Positions 46,490 through 59,300 of a stretch of DNA of 64,000 nucleotides are shown piece by piece. Source of the stretch: an uncultured delta proteobacterium (GTDB lineage: Bacteria; Myxococcota_A; Polyangia; Polyangiales; Polyangiaceae). The stretch spans positions 108,948 to 172,947 of the forward strand of contig CAVSWE010000003.1 of assembly GCA_963731595.1 (NCBI GenBank), given 5' to 3'. How positions within the stretch are numbered: position 1 is the first letter of the stretch; each line of letters starts with the position of its first letter. The notes beneath the pieces are model-generated. The model saw only the letters and a program-made list of their open reading frames with translations, ran no database searches and was not told the DNA's origin. The position numbers were made by a program, and so were the translations under genes.

Positions 46490-47752
46490 ATGGGTGCGCC
46501 CATGTCCGAAACCCTCGCGGCGTTTCGTGCGGTGCCGCGCACCGGCGTGATCTACGTCACGAGCGAGGCCACGCGGCTCGGCTTCTCCGCGTCGAACCCG
46601 GAGTGGTGCAACCTCGGCCAAGGCCAGCCCGAGACCGGCCCGCTGCCCGGCGCGCCGCCGCGCGTCGAGCACGTGAACATCGAGGTCGACGACCAGGAGT
46701 ACGCGCCGGTCGCCGGGGTGCCCGAGCTCCGCGAGGCGATCGCGAGCTTGTACAATGCACTTTATCGCCGCGGCCTCCCGTCGCAGTACTCGGCGGAGAA
46801 CGTGTGCGTCTCGGGCGGCGGGCGCATGGCGCTGACGCGCGCGGCGGCGAGCCTCGCGCAGATCAACCTCGGCCACTTCCTGCCCGACTACACGGCGTAC
46901 GAGGAGCTGCTCGACATCTTCCGCGCGTTCACCGCGATCCCGATCATGCTCGACGGCGACCGCGGCTACGCCTTCTCGCACGAGGATTTGCGGCGAGAGA
47001 TCATGGGGCGCGGGCTCTCGGCGATCCTCTTGTCGAACCCGTGCAACCCGACGGGCAAGGCCGTGGCCGAGGGCGAGCTCCAGCGCTGGGTCGCGGTCGC
47101 GCGCGAGCTCGAGTGCTCGCTCCTCTTCGACGAGTTCTATTCGCACTACGTCTACCGCGCGAAGCCGAACGCGCTGCCGGTCGAGAGCGCCGCGCGCTAC
47201 GTCGAGGACGTCGATCGCGATCCGGTCGTCGTCTTCGACGGGCTCACGAAGAACTGGCGCTATCCCGGCTGGCGCGTCACCTGGGCGCTCGGTCCGAAGA
47301 GCGTCGTCGAGGCGCTCACGAGCGCGGGGTCGTTCCTCGACGGCGGCGGGAGCAAACCGCTCCAGCGCGCGGCGATCCCGCTCATGAGCGAAGAGCACGT
47401 GACGAAGGAGACGCTCGCGATCCACGCGGTCTTCCGCGAGAAGCGCGATCGCATGCTCTCGCGTCTCGAGCGCCTCGGCGTCCGCGTCGACCGCGTCCCG
47501 GACGGGACCTTCTACGTGTGGGGCAACGTCTCGGCGCTCCCGCCGGCGATCTCCGACGGGACGAGCTTCTTCCGCGCGGCGCTCGACAAGAAGGTCATCA
47601 CGGTCCCGGGCGAGTTCTTCGACGTGAACCCCGGCAAGCGCCGCGCGCGCGCCTCGCGCTTCCGCGATTACGTGCGCTTCTCGTTCGGCCCGTCGATGGA
47701 CGTGGTGGAGCGCGCGCTCGACCGGCTGGAACAGCTGGTGGCGGAGAGCTGA
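46490..47752 (+). CDS. pyridoxal-phosphate-dependent aminotransferase (class I/II fold)
   Basis: C-terminal part of ORF 46331-47752 from ATG 46490 (MGAPMSETL...; alternative ATG 46502). Conserved NPCNPTG and LTKNWRYPGWR (PLP-Lys) segments. Confidence 0.8.
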   Translation: MGAPMSETLAAFRAVPRTGVIYVTSEATRLGFSASNPEWCNLGQGQPETGPLPGAPPRVEHVNIEVDDQEYAPVAGVPELREAIASLYNALYRRGLPSQYSAENVCVSGGGRMALTRAAASLAQINLGHFLPDYTAYEELLDIFRAFTAIPIMLDGDRGYAFSHEDLRREIMGRGLSAILLSNPCNPTGKAVAEGELQRWVAVARELECSLLFDEFYSHYVYRAKPNALPVESAARYVEDVDRDPVVVFDGLTKNWRYPGWRVTWALGPKSVVEALTSAGSFLDGGGSKPLQRAAIPLMSEEHVTKETLAIHAVFREKRDRMLSRLERLGVRVDRVPDGTFYVWGNVSALPPAISDGTSFFRAALDKKVITVPGEFFDVNPGKRRARASRFRDYVRFSFGPSMDVVERALDRLEQLVAES

Positions 47753-47910
47753 CCAGTCGGAGACGGCGACGGAGACGGAGACGGAGCGGATTCGGCCCTC
47801 CCGGGCGGATTCCTGAAATTTCGGGCGACCCTCGGACGAATCCTCCGGGAAACCCCATGCTCGCCGCGGTCTTCTTTGCTTCGCCTCGCCCACGCGGCAA
47901 CATCGCCCCC

Positions 47911-48471
47911 ATGACTGCGGCGGTGTCGGTCGAGGCGTTTTCGCGGGAGGCGGCCGAGCTGCGGCCGCTCTTGCGAGCCGTCGCGGCTTCGGTGCTCCAC
48001 GTCGGCCCCGAGCATCCGGACGTCGACGACGCGGTCAGCGAGACGATGAGGCGCGCGATCGAGGGGCGCGCTCGGCTGCGCGCGGGCGAGCCGCTCCGCG
48101 CGTGGATCGTCGGCATCGTGAAGCACGTCGCGCTCGACGCGGCGCGGAGCCGGACGCGCGCGCAGAGGCGTCAGGCGAACGAGCCGCCGCCCGACTCGGC
48201 CTCGGCCGGCAGCCTCGCCGACCGCATTCCGGACTCGAAGCCGTCGCCCTTCGAGCGCACCGCGCGCGCGCAGGAGCTCGCGCGCGTCGAAGCCGCGCTG
48301 GGCGAGCTGCCGGAGAAGCAGCGCGAGGCGGTCACGCTGTTCTTTCTCGAGGGCCTCTCGTACGTCGAGATCGGCCGGCGGCTCTCCGTGCCGGTGGGCA
48401 CGGTCGCGACCTGGATTCTCCGCGGACGAAAGGCGCTCGCCGCGACGCTGACGGAAAGGAAGACACCGTGA
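47911..48471 (+). CDS. RNA polymerase ECF-type sigma-70 factor
   Basis: C-terminal part of ORF 46603-48471. Region 2 (DAVSETMRRAIEG...FRAWIVGIVKHVALDAAR) and region 4 (LPEKQREAVTLFFLEGLSYVEIGRRLSVPVGTVATW). Start ATG 47911, alternative 47857. Confidence 0.75.
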   Translation: MTAAVSVEAFSREAAELRPLLRAVAASVLHVGPEHPDVDDAVSETMRRAIEGRARLRAGEPLRAWIVGIVKHVALDAARSRTRAQRRQANEPPPDSASAGSLADRIPDSKPSPFERTARAQELARVEAALGELPEKQREAVTLFFLEGLSYVEIGRRLSVPVGTVATWILRGRKALAATLTERKTP

Positions 48472-48995
48472 AGCCGACCGAACCCGACCCCGAGCCCGCG
48501 CGGCTCTCGAGCGAAGAGACGTGGGAGGGCGACCACCTCAGCGAGGTCGCCCTCTCGTGCCTCGCCGACGCCCAGGACGTGCTCGACCCGGTCGCGCGCG
48601 TCCACGCCGAATCGTGTGCAGAATGCACCCTTCGGATCGGGGCGATGGCGCTCGAGTCGCACGACGTCGGCGCCGCGCTCCGGGTCGCCAAGAACCTCTC
48701 GATCGCGACCGCGAAGGCCTCGCACCGGTTTCCGACGGTGCTCGTCGCCGCCGCCGTCGTGCTCGCGTCCGTCTGCGGCGCGCCCGCGTTGTTCGACGCG
48801 CTGCCGCGCGCGACCGCGTTCGTCTTCGCGGCGCCGCGCGTCCTGCCGGTCGTCACCAGCTCCGCGTGGAGCGTCGCCAAGAGCTTGTCCACCGGGCCGA
48901 GCGGCGCCGCCGTCTCGCTCGTCACCACCTTCGCGCTCGCGCTCATCGGTTGGGCCGTCGCGCGTACGTCTCGCAACTCGGGAGTCACGTCATGA
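48468..48995 (+). CDS. zinc-finger (HxxxCxxC) anti-sigma factor with transmembrane segment
   Basis: GTG 48468 overlaps the sigma-factor stop (GTGA). HAESCAEC motif, then hydrophobic helix (TVLVAAAVVLASVCGAPALF). C-terminal part of ORF 48102-48995. Confidence 0.65.
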   Translation: MKPTEPDPEPARLSSEETWEGDHLSEVALSCLADAQDVLDPVARVHAESCAECTLRIGAMALESHDVGAALRVAKNLSIATAKASHRFPTVLVAAAVVLASVCGAPALFDALPRATAFVFAAPRVLPVVTSSAWSVAKSLSTGPSGAAVSLVTTFALALIGWAVARTSRNSGVTS

Positions 48996-50287
48996 ATCGC
49001 TTTCGAAAGCTCGCAGTCCTCGCGTTCGCCTCCGCGGCGCTCGTTTCTTCCGCGGCGCTCGCCGAGGTCCGTCACGAGGGCGCTTGGCCGGCCGACAAGC
49101 GCGTCTCGCTCGACGCCAAGCACGTCGGACGCGTCGACGCCGTCACGCGCCTCGCGAAAGACGCGGGTTGGAGCGTCGTCTTGCGCGGCGTCGACGACGG
49201 CGAGCCGTTCGACGTCCACGTCGCCGATCAGCCGGCCGACAAAGTCCTCGACGTCGTGCTCGGCGACGGAGACTACACGGCCAAGCGCGACGGCACGCTC
49301 ATCACGATCACTGGCGCGGCCCCGCCGCCTCCAGCGACCGCGACGCCCGCCGCGACCGCCGCCGCGCCCCCGCCTGCGGCTCCGACGGCAGCGCCGGCGA
49401 TTGTGACCGCGCGCGGCGAGGACCGCATGGTCCACGGCGGGGACATCGTCATCGGCGCCGACGAGACCGTCCACGACGTGACCGTCTTCGGCGGGTCGGC
49501 GACGGTCTACGGGACCGCGACCGGCAACCTCACGGTCTTCGGCGGGAGCGCCTCCGTGAAGAAGGGCGGTCACGTCTTCGGCAACGCGACCGCGGTCGGC
49601 GGCTCGCTCGACGTCGCCGACGGCGCGGAGGTCGACGGCGACGTCGGCGTCGTGGGCGGCTCGCTCGATCGTCACAAGGGCTCCAAAATCGGCGGCTCCC
49701 TCCGCAAGAAGGACGACAAGCGCATCGGCGCCGAGACCTCCTCGTCGGGGCGCTCGATCCTCCGCGAGGTCAGCGACGCGACCACGCGCGCGGCGATGCT
49801 CTTCGTGTTCGGCGCGGTCCTCTTCGCGCTCGCGGGCGACAAGATGAACAAGCTCCGCATCGAGGCCGCGTCGCGTCCGATGCGCTCGTTCGCGCTCGGC
49901 CTCGTCGGCCTGCTCGTGGGCGCGGTGGCGCTCACGGTCATCGCGATCACGATCATCGGTATCCCCGTCGCGTTCGTGCTCTTGCTCGGCGCGGTCTTCG
50001 CGGCCTACGCGGGCATCTGCGCCGTCCTCGCGACGGTCGGCAAAGCGCTGATCGGTCACAAGACCGACAACCCGCACGTCCACTTGCTCGTCGGCTGCGC
50101 GCTCTTCCTCGTGAGCGGCGCGATCCCGTTCGTGAGCGGTCTCGTCACCCTCGCGGTCGTCCTCACCGGCATCGGCGTCGTCGTCGCGACGCGCGGTGCC
50201 GGCACCGTCCGCGGCGGCGGGACCCCGGTTTCCGGCCCGTATCGCACCGAAACGACGCTCGTCGAAAACGGCAGAGGCGCGTACTGA
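48992..50287 (+). CDS. bactofilin-like beta-helical repeat membrane protein (sigma/anti-sigma operon member)
   Basis: ATG 48992 overlaps the anti-sigma stop (ATGA). Signal peptide MNRFRKLAVLAFASAALVSSAALA. Repeats VFGGSATVYGTATGNLTVFGGSASVKKGGHVFGNATAVGGSLDV. Three C-terminal TM helices. C-terminal part of ORF 48521-50287. Confidence 0.6.
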   Translation: MNRFRKLAVLAFASAALVSSAALAEVRHEGAWPADKRVSLDAKHVGRVDAVTRLAKDAGWSVVLRGVDDGEPFDVHVADQPADKVLDVVLGDGDYTAKRDGTLITITGAAPPPPATATPAATAAAPPPAAPTAAPAIVTARGEDRMVHGGDIVIGADETVHDVTVFGGSATVYGTATGNLTVFGGSASVKKGGHVFGNATAVGGSLDVADGAEVDGDVGVVGGSLDRHKGSKIGGSLRKKDDKRIGAETSSSGRSILREVSDATTRAAMLFVFGAVLFALAGDKMNKLRIEAASRPMRSFALGLVGLLVGAVALTVIAITIIGIPVAFVLLLGAVFAAYAGICAVLATVGKALIGHKTDNPHVHLLVGCALFLVSGAIPFVSGLVTLAVVLTGIGVVVATRGAGTVRGGGTPVSGPYRTETTLVENGRGAY

Positions 50288-50357
50288 ACGACCGACCAGA
50301 TCGCGCACGCTTCCGAGATCGATCGCGCTTCCGAGGTGATACCCTCGGCGATCCGGG

Positions 50358-53300
50358 ATGAGCGACTCGACTCGACATCGCCCGACCGCAGGCGTTTCCG
50401 CGGTCATCGACTCGCTCGACGAGCGACTCGAAAACGAAGGTGAGGTTCTCAGCGCCTTCCTGCTCGCGCTCTCCAGAAATCAGCTCCCGAAGGAGGCGTG
50501 GGACAAGCTGCATCTCGCGGCGAAGCGCGACGACCGCGTGACCGAGCTCGCCTTCGCGTTCGAGGGCCTCGCGGCCGATCGCAAGCTGCGGACGCTGCAC
50601 GCGGGCGTGGTCGCGGAGTTCATGTACCAGTCGTCGATCTTCTTCGGCGACGTCATGGGCGACGACGTCGGGTCGCAGAGTTACTTGGATCGGGCGATGG
50701 CCGCGCTCCCGACGCACCCGGGCTCGCTCGCGCGTTTCGAGGAGAAGCTCACGCAGGCCGGCGAGTTCACCAAGCTCGGCGAATTCTACTTCGAGCTCGC
50801 GCAACACCGCCCGCGCGCCGAGCAGGGGCCCGTGCTGCGCAAGGCCGTCGAGGCGTTCGAAAGAGCGCAGGCGAGCGAACGTCTCGCCGACACCCTCACG
50901 CTGCTCGTGCGCGTCGAGCCGAAAGACGAAGAGGCGCGCGCCAAGCTCGAGGAGGCGCTCCTCCAGGCGAACCGCCCGCGCGACGTCGCCAAGATGCTCG
51001 AGCAGGCGCTGACGAGCGACCCGCCGCCGGCGGACGACGTCGCGTTCGCGCACCGCACGAAGCTCCTCGCGCTCTACGAAGAAACGAGCGAGGTCGAGCG
51101 CGCGCTCCCGCACGTCGAGTGGCTCCTCGAGCACGCGCCGGGGCACGAGGGCGCCAAGAGCATCGGAATTCGCCTGCTCGAGGTGAAGGCTTGCGCGCAG
51201 CGCGCCGCCGCCGCGCTTGCCGCGGCGTCCGAGAAGCAGGAGCTATGGGGCGACGCGAGCCGCTACTACCTCCTCGAGCTCGAGAGCGCGCGCGGCGCGA
51301 GAAGGTTCGGTCCGCTCCGCGCGCTCGCGGCGCTCAAGCACGATCGCGAGGAGGACTTCGCGGGCGCGTTCGACATGGCCGAGCAGGCGCTGCAGATCGA
51401 TCCGAGCGACGGCAATCTCCTCGACCGCTACGTCGTGCTCACGCGGGCGCTCGGCAAGCACGACGCCGCCCAGAAGATGCTCCAGCGGCTCGTCAGCCTG
51501 ACGAAGGATCCCTCGGCGCGGGCTCGTCTCGCCGCCGAGATGGGCGAGCTCTTGCTCGCGACGGGCGACGTGAAGCGCGCGCGCGCGGCGTTCTCGAGCG
51601 CGCTCACCGTGCCGGGCGCGTCCGACCTCGCCGTGCTCCCCGCGATGCACGCGCTCGCGCGCCTCTACGGCGAGGACGAGGACCACGTGTCTCTCGCCGA
51701 GATGCTCGAGCGCATCGTGAAGACCGAGCCGGACGTCGTGCGCCGGCAGCAGGCCGCCGAGCAGCTCGCCGAGCTCGCGTCGGGCGCACTCGGCGATCCG
51801 GCGCGCGCGGCCGCCGCGTACCGAGGCCTCCTCGAGACCCCTGCGCGCGAGCGCGCGCTCGAAGCCCTCGAGCCGCTGCTCGCGTCGCTCGGCGATTCGC
51901 TCGGCCTCGTCGAGGTGCTCCACGCCAAGGCGAAGGACGCGCCGACGCCCGACGCGCGCCGCGCGCTCCTCGTGCGCGCCGCCGAGCAGCTCACCGCGTC
52001 GTCGAGCGAGACGCCCATCGCGTCGCACTCATGGCGCGAGATCGTCGAGGAGTTCGGCCCGAACCAAGACGTCCTCTCGCGGTGGATCCCGCTGCTCGAG
52101 CTCGAGCGCGATTTCCCGACGCTCGCGACGGCGTACGAGTCGCTCGCGGGGATCGTCGAGGGCGCCGAGAAGGTGTCGACGCTCGGACGTCTCGGTCTGC
52201 TACGCATGCAGTGGCTCGGTGACGGACGCGGCGCAGCGGAAGCGTTCCGCGAAGCGCTCGCGATCGATCCGCAGGACTCCATCGCGCGCGACGCGCTCGA
52301 GCAGCTCCTCGACTCGAAAGACCCGGCGATCGCGCTCGCGGCCGCCGACGTCCTCGAGCCGATGGTCCGCGCCGAGGGATCGCGGGCTGGGCTCTTGCGC
52401 GTGCTCCTCGCGCGCGTGCACGGCGCGACCGACGCGGACGAGAAGGGCCGGGCGCTCGAGGGCGCCGTCGCGCTCGCGGAGCACCTCCCGAGCGAGCGCG
52501 GCCGCGTGCTCGCGCTCGTGCGCAGCGCGCTCGAGGGCGCGATCGACGAGAACCGGCCCGTCGCGCCGTGGCTTTCGGCGCTCGAACGTCTCTCGCCGGG
52601 CGAGGTCGGCGCGGGCGCGCGCGCCGACGTGCTCGCGCTCGCGCTGGGCGAGCGTGCGGTCTCCACCGACGAGCTCCTGCTGCTCGCGCAGCGCCTCGGC
52701 GACGCGGCGATGCTCGCCGGCGATCGCGCGCGCGCTCTCGACTCGTACAAGCGCGCGCTCGAGTACTCGCCGTCGTCCCCCGAGCTCATGGCGGGCGTCA
52801 ATCTGCTCCTCCGCGAACAGGGCACGCCGCACGATCGCGTGAAGCTCTACCGCTCCGCGCTCGCGACCGAGAGCTCGCCCGACAAGCGACGCGGCTTGCA
52901 CCTCGCGATCGCCAGCCTGCAGCGCAAAGAGCTCGGCGACGCGGGCGGGGCGGCCGAGACGCTCCGCGCGAGCCTGGCCGAAGGGCCCGACGACGCGACG
53001 GAGGACGCGCTCTACGAGATCTACTGCGACGCGGGCGCGTTCGCCGACGCGTGCACGCTGCTCGAGCAGCGCCTCCCGCGCACGCCGCCGGGCGAAGACG
53101 AGCGCGCCGTTCGTGCGCGCCTCGCTCGCCTCGCCTCGGACCACAAGCTCCACGAGCGCGCCGCGTTGCACGCCCGCTCGCTCGCGGAGGACGCGTTCGT
53201 CACGAACGCCGCTCTCGAATCTCGTCGAGCAGGTCGCCGAGCGCGCGGAGGATCGCGAGCTCTTGATCCTCGCGGCGCAGAAGCGCGTCGAGATCGCGGA

Positions 53301-56300
53301 GTCGACCGAGGACAGAGTCTTCTGGCACACGCGGCTAGGTACGCTCCACACCGAGCGCGGCGAAGCGACGGCCGCGGCGGCGGCGTGGCGTGACGCCGCC
53401 CGCGCGGCCGAGGAGATGGGCGACGCGAAGACCGCACGCAAGCTCTACGAGCGCATCCGTCGCGGAGCGCCGTTCGATCGCGTCGCGACCGAGCGTCTCG
53501 CCGGGCTGCTCGAAGGGGGCGGGGAATGGTCGGCCTTGCCCGAGCTCTACGCGGCGCTCGTCGAGTCGGCCGCCAGCCCCGGAGAGCGCAAGGACGCGCT
53601 CCTCCGGCTCGCGGCGGTCCTCGAGCAGCGGCTCGGCGACGCGGCGGGCGCGTTCGACGCCGTCGCGCGCGCGTTTTTGGAGGTCCCGAGCGACGAAGCG
53701 GCCCTCGCGCGGCTCGCGGAGCTCGCCGTCGCTGCGTCGGCGGTCCCGTCGTTCACGCGCACCGTCGACGGCGCGCTCGCGGGCGACGCGGGCCGCGACC
53801 CCACGCTGCGCGCGCGTCTCGTCGCCGCCAAGGCGGAGGTGCTCGCGAAGACCGGCGCGAACCCCAGCGAAGCGCGCGAGGTGTTCCGCGCGGTGCTCGA
53901 GGATCCGTTCGCCGACGACGCGACCAAGTCGCGCGCCGCGGACGCGTTCGAGTCGCTCCTCGCCGCGTCGGACGCGAAGGCCGAGGCCGACGCGTGGCGC
54001 TGGCTCCTCGCGTGGCGCGCCTCGCGCGAGACCGGGCCCGCGCGCGCGCGCGCGCTGGCGCGGTTCGCGCGCCTCGAGGAAGAGAAGCTCGGCGACGCGG
54101 CGCGCGCCACCAATCTCTGGAAGCAGGCCGCCGAGGCCGATCCGACGAGCGACGAGGCCCCCGTCGAAATCGCGCGACTCATGGTCGCGAGCGGCGACGT
54201 GGACGGCGCGCTCGCGACGCTCCGCGCGCGCCTCGAGCGCGCGAGCGAGGAGAAGGCGCCGCAAATCCGCGCAGAGATCGCGGCGCTCCTCGCCTCGATT
54301 CCGGGGCGTGAAGGCGAGGCGATGAGCGAGCTCCGCGCCGCGCTCGAGCGCCGCGCGGACGACGAAGCCGCGCTGCGCATGCTCGTCAAGTTGCTGCCGC
54401 ACGCCGAGATCGGCGCCGAGGCGTCGCGCCTGCTCGAGTCGTCGCTCGCGATCGCGGATGGCGCCGCGCGCAAGCGCGTGCTCGCCGCGCTCGTCTCGGG
54501 CGCGCTCGAAGCGCCGCTCGAGCGCAGGCGCGCGTGGCACGGCCAGCTCCTCGAGCTCGCGCCGTCGCCCGACGAGGCGTACGGCGTCTTGCTCCGCGCG
54601 CTCGCGGAGCTCCCGAGCGAGCTCGCGTGGTGGGACCGCGCCGAGCAGCTCGCGCGCACGCTCGATCGCCCGCAAGAGCTCTCCGATCTCTACCACGGCG
54701 CGATCACGCGGCCGGTCCCGACCGAAGACGCGCTCGAGCTCGGACAGCGCGCCGTCTCGTTCCACGAAGAGTGGTTCGACGACGCGGCGGCCGTCGTTCG
54801 CATCCTCGAGCGCATGGTGGACCTCGATCCCGCCGGTTGGGCGTTCGATCGACTGAAGCTCCTCTACGATTCGCAGGAGCGCTGGGACGATCTGTTCGCG
54901 CTCTACGATCGTCTCCTCGCCGGCGACCTCGACGAGGGCCGCCGGACCGAGCTCCTCGAGGACGCCGCGCAGATCGCGAAGGACTTCGCCAAGAACGCGG
55001 ACCGCGCGATCGCGTACCTCGAGCAGCTCCTCCACTTCAAGCCGAAGAACGAGCGCCTGCTCGCGTCGCTCGAGCGCCTCTACGAGCGGTACGGAAAGCA
55101 CCGCGAGCTCATCGGCTTGCTCGGCGCGCAGATCGGCGGAAAAGAGCCGAAAGAGGCGCACGAGCTCCGCGTGCGAATGGCGTCGCTCTGGCTCGACGAG
55201 CTCGCCGACGCGGGCTCCGCGCTGATCGTCGTCGAGGAGATGATGCGCGAGGGCGAGACCGGCGACGAAGTCATCGCGCTGCTCGAGCGCGTCCTCGCGG
55301 CCGCGCCACAGGGCGAGGAGATGAAGAAGACGCTGCCGCCGACGTCGTCGCCGATCAGCGAGCACGTCGCCGCCGCGCACGAGAGCAGCGCGCCGCCGCG
55401 CGCGTCCGTCCCGCCGCGCGCGTCCGTCCCGCCGCCGGGTGGAAAAGGTCGGAGCAAGCGCGTCCTCGTCCGACAGCGCGCCGCGTCGCTGCTGCGTGAG
55501 CGTTACGCCGAGGCGGGTCGCGACGCCAATCTCGCGCGCATGCTCGAGATCGAGCTCGAGGCCGTGAAGAACGCGAAGGAGCGCATCCGCCGCCACGCCG
55601 AGGTCGCGACGCTGCACGAACGGCTCGCGAACGACGCCGCCGCGCTCGAGCACGCCGTCTCCCTCGTGATGCTCGATCCCGACGCGAACGTGCATCGCGA
55701 GCGCCTCGCGCGCCTCGCGGACAAGACCGGACGCTACGATCGCCTCGGCGAGGTGCTCGCCGCCGCGGCCGACGACTGCGAGAGCGAAGAGCTCCGCGCG
55801 ACCCTGCTCTGCGACGCCGCGACCGTCTACGCCGAGCGGCTCGGCGACGTCGGGCGCGCGGTCGACTTGCTCGGGCGCGTCCTCACGCTCGACGTGCCAC
55901 CCGCCTCGATGCTGGCCGCCGCCCGCACGCTCGACGCGCTGCTCGCGAAGACCGATCGCCGCGGGGACCGCCTCGCCGTGCTCGAGCGCCTCGCCACGCT
56001 CGAAGAAGACGCCGCGGCGAAGCGCGAAGCGCTCGGTGTCGCCGCGCGGCTCGCCGCCGAAATCGGCGAGAGCGAGCGTTGCATCGCGGCATGGGAGGCA
56101 CGGCTCGCCGACGACCGGAGCGACATCGAGGCGCTCGACGGTCTCGTCGACGTCCTCGCCTCGTCGGGGCGCTTGCGGCCGCTCGTCGACGCGCTGCTCG
56201 TCCGCGCGGATCTCCACGAGCCCGACGCGTCGAGCCGCGACGACCGCGTGCGCGCCGCGCGCATCCTCTCCGGCGAGCTCGACTCCGCCGACGAAGCGAT

Positions 56301-59300
56301 CGCGGTGTGGGAGGCGGTCCGAAAAGCGAGCGGCGAGGCCGACGACGCCGACGCGGCGCTCGCGGAGCTCTACGACGCCCGTGCGCGGTGGAAGGAGCTC
56401 GCCGAGCTGCTCGAGCGCTCCGCCGCGCGGCACGACGACGCGGAGACGAAGGCGAGCTTGCTCGTGCGGCTCGGCGACGTGCAGCGCGCGAAGCTCGACG
56501 AGGCGGCGCGCGCGATCGAGAGCTACGCCAAGAGCCTCGCGTCGAAGCCAGGCGACGCGCGCGCGGCGCACGGGCTGACGGCGCTCCTCGACGTGACCGC
56601 CTCGGCGCGCGAGGCGCTCGACGTGCTCTTGCGCGACCACGCGGCGACCGACTCGTGGTCGGCGACCGTCGCGCTGCTCCCGCAGCGGCTCCGCCTCGCG
56701 AAGGACGACGAAGAGCGCGTCGCCGACTTGCTCGAGACCGCCGACCTCTTCGAGACGCGAGCGGGCGACATGGAAGCGGCGTTCCACGCGACGCGCGAAG
56801 CGTTCCTGATCGCCGCGGGCGCCGAGAGCGTGGCGAGCGTCGCCGAGCGGCGCGCGGGAGAGGCCGCCATATCCGGCGCGCCCGACGCGTACCGCGCGCT
56901 CGCCGAAGCGCATCGAGTCGTGCTCGAGGCCATCGAAGGCTCGCGCCCGGCCGACAATCCGGACGTCCTGCGTCTCCGGACGACGCTGGGCGCGCTCCTC
57001 GAGACTCGCCTCGACGACCCGCGCGGCGCGCTCGTCCAGTTCACGCGCGTCGCGGGCGACGAGCCGACGAACGAAGCGGCGGCGCTCTCGCTCATCCGCG
57101 TCGCGGCGCGCGTGGCCCGGTGGGACGCGGCCACGAAGATCGTGCTCGACCGCGCGGCGCTCGCGGGCGGTCCCGACGAGACGCTGCTCCGCGCGCTCGA
57201 AGAGGCGGCCTCTGCGCAAGCCGGTTGGGACGCGGTCACCGGCGCATTCGAAGCGGCGATCGGCCAGCGGACGGATCTCGGGAAAGAGTCGCTGCGCGAT
57301 CTCGAGGCTCGTCTAGCGACGTGGCACCGCGATCGGCGCGCCGACGCCGAGGCGGCCGAGGCCGCGTACGGCCGCGCGCTGTCGCACGACGCGACCGACA
57401 CCGAGCTGCTCGCGCAGCTCGCGCAACTCCAGAGGCGTCACCGCGGCCGTCCGCTCATCGACAGCCTGCTGCGCCTCTCGCAGGCGACCGGGGGCGATCC
57501 TGATCTGCTGCGCGAGGCCGCCGAGGTCGCGGCGCGCGTGGTCGTCGATCGCGGGCTCGCCAAGACGATCCTCGAGCGGCTCATGAAGCTCGCGTCCGAG
57601 CGCTGGACGTCGGGAGACGACCACCCGCCGAGCACCGTCTCGCCGGACGCGGTCGACGAGGCGCCGCCGAGCGTCGGCGCGAGCACGCACCCGAGCGAGC
57701 ACGTCGAGTGGGCGCTCGCCGAGCTGCTGCGCGTCCACAACGAAGAGGGCGCCGCCGAGCGCATCGTCGAGCTCCTCGAGACTTCGGCGAAGCTTCCGTT
57801 CGCGCGCCCGCGCGCCCGCGAGCTGCTGCACGAAGCCGGCACGACGGCCCTCGACCGAGTCGGCGACGCGCAAGCGGCGCTGCGACTCTACGCGAGCCTC
57901 TTCGAGCAAGACCCGCGCGACGCCGAGGCCGCGCGCAGGCTCGCCGAGGTCTACGCGACGCTCGGGCGCAAGGAAGACTTGCTCGCGGTCCGCAAGAAGC
58001 AGGTCGAGGTCGCCGTCGTCGCCGACGAGCGCGTCGCGCACCGACTCGACGCGGCGCTGCTCGAGCGCGACCTCGGTCGCGTCGACGACGCGGCGGCGAC
58101 GTTGCGCGCGAACCTCGCGGACGCGCCGCGGCACGCGAGGACGACGCTCGTCCTCTCGGAGACGCTCGAAGCGGCGGCCCGTTGGGACGAGCTCGCGGGG
58201 TTCTGCGCCGAGCAAGCCACGCTCGCGGAGGCCGACGGCGACGCGCTCTCGGCCGTCGAGCTCTGGGCGCGCGCCGCGAGCATCGCCGAGGAGAAGCTCG
58301 GTCACCTCGCGATGGCGCTCGCGCACTACAAGCGGAGCCTCGCGCTCGAGCTTCGCGCGCCATTGCTCGACGCGATCGCGCGCATCCACGAACAGCGGAA
58401 GGAATGGCTCGACGCCGCGTCGCACCTCGATCGGCTCGTCCGCGAGTTTCCCGAGCAGCGAAGCCACGTCATCGTGCGCCTCGCCGACGCCTACACGCAC
58501 GCCGAGCGCGACGCCGACGCGCAGCAACGTCTCGAAGCGGCGCTCGGCGATCCGAGCTCGCCGCCCGAGGTCGCTTCGCGCCTCGCCGCCATCTATCGGC
58601 GCACCGAGCAGTGGCCGCCGCTCGCCGAGCTCGTCGCGCGTCAAGCCGGCCAGGCGAGGTTGGACGACGAGCGGCGCGCGCTCCTCGTCGAAGCCGCCGA
58701 GATCTTCCTCAGGCAGTGCGCGCAGCCCGAGCAGGCGGTGCCGCTCCTCGAGCAAGCGAGCGCGCTCGCGCCCGAGGATCGCGCGCTGAAGCTGCGTCTC
58801 GGCGAAGCCCTCCAAGACGCGGGCCGCGCCGACGACGCCCGCGTGCTCTTGCGCGACATGATCGACGCGTTCGCCGGACGCCGTCCGAAGGAACGCGCCA
58901 CCGTCCACTTCCACCTCGCGCGGCTCAATCTGCGGCTCGGCGATCGCGCGCAGGCGCTCGCCGAGCTCGAGGCCGCGACCCGGATCGATCCAGCGAACCC
59001 CGGAAATTTTGCGAATGGTCGCCGAGCTCGCGCGCGACGACGGGCAGCTCGACAAGGCCGAGCGCTCCTACCGCGCGCTGCTCGCCGTCGTTCGCCGCGC
59101 CGACGACGACGCGCCGGTCTTGCGGAGCGAGGTGCTCGTCGAGCTCAGCGCGCTCGCGGAGCGGCAGGGCGAGCCCGAGCGCGCGTCCGAGATCCTGGAG
59201 TCCGCGTTCGAGACGGCAGCGGGCTCCGACGCCGAGGCGCGGCGGCTCGAAAAAGCGCTCCGCGCACGAGGGAACACGAAGGGGCTCCTCCGTTCGCTCG

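Noticed and set aside
53335-57219. 1294-aa minus ORF and other long ORFs (59068-63087 -, 60786-63314 +, 57313-59055 -) inside the giant repeat gene
   Set aside because: Alternate-frame or antisense reads of the Ala/Glu/Arg-rich repeat gene, with only Arg/Gly-rich low complexity.
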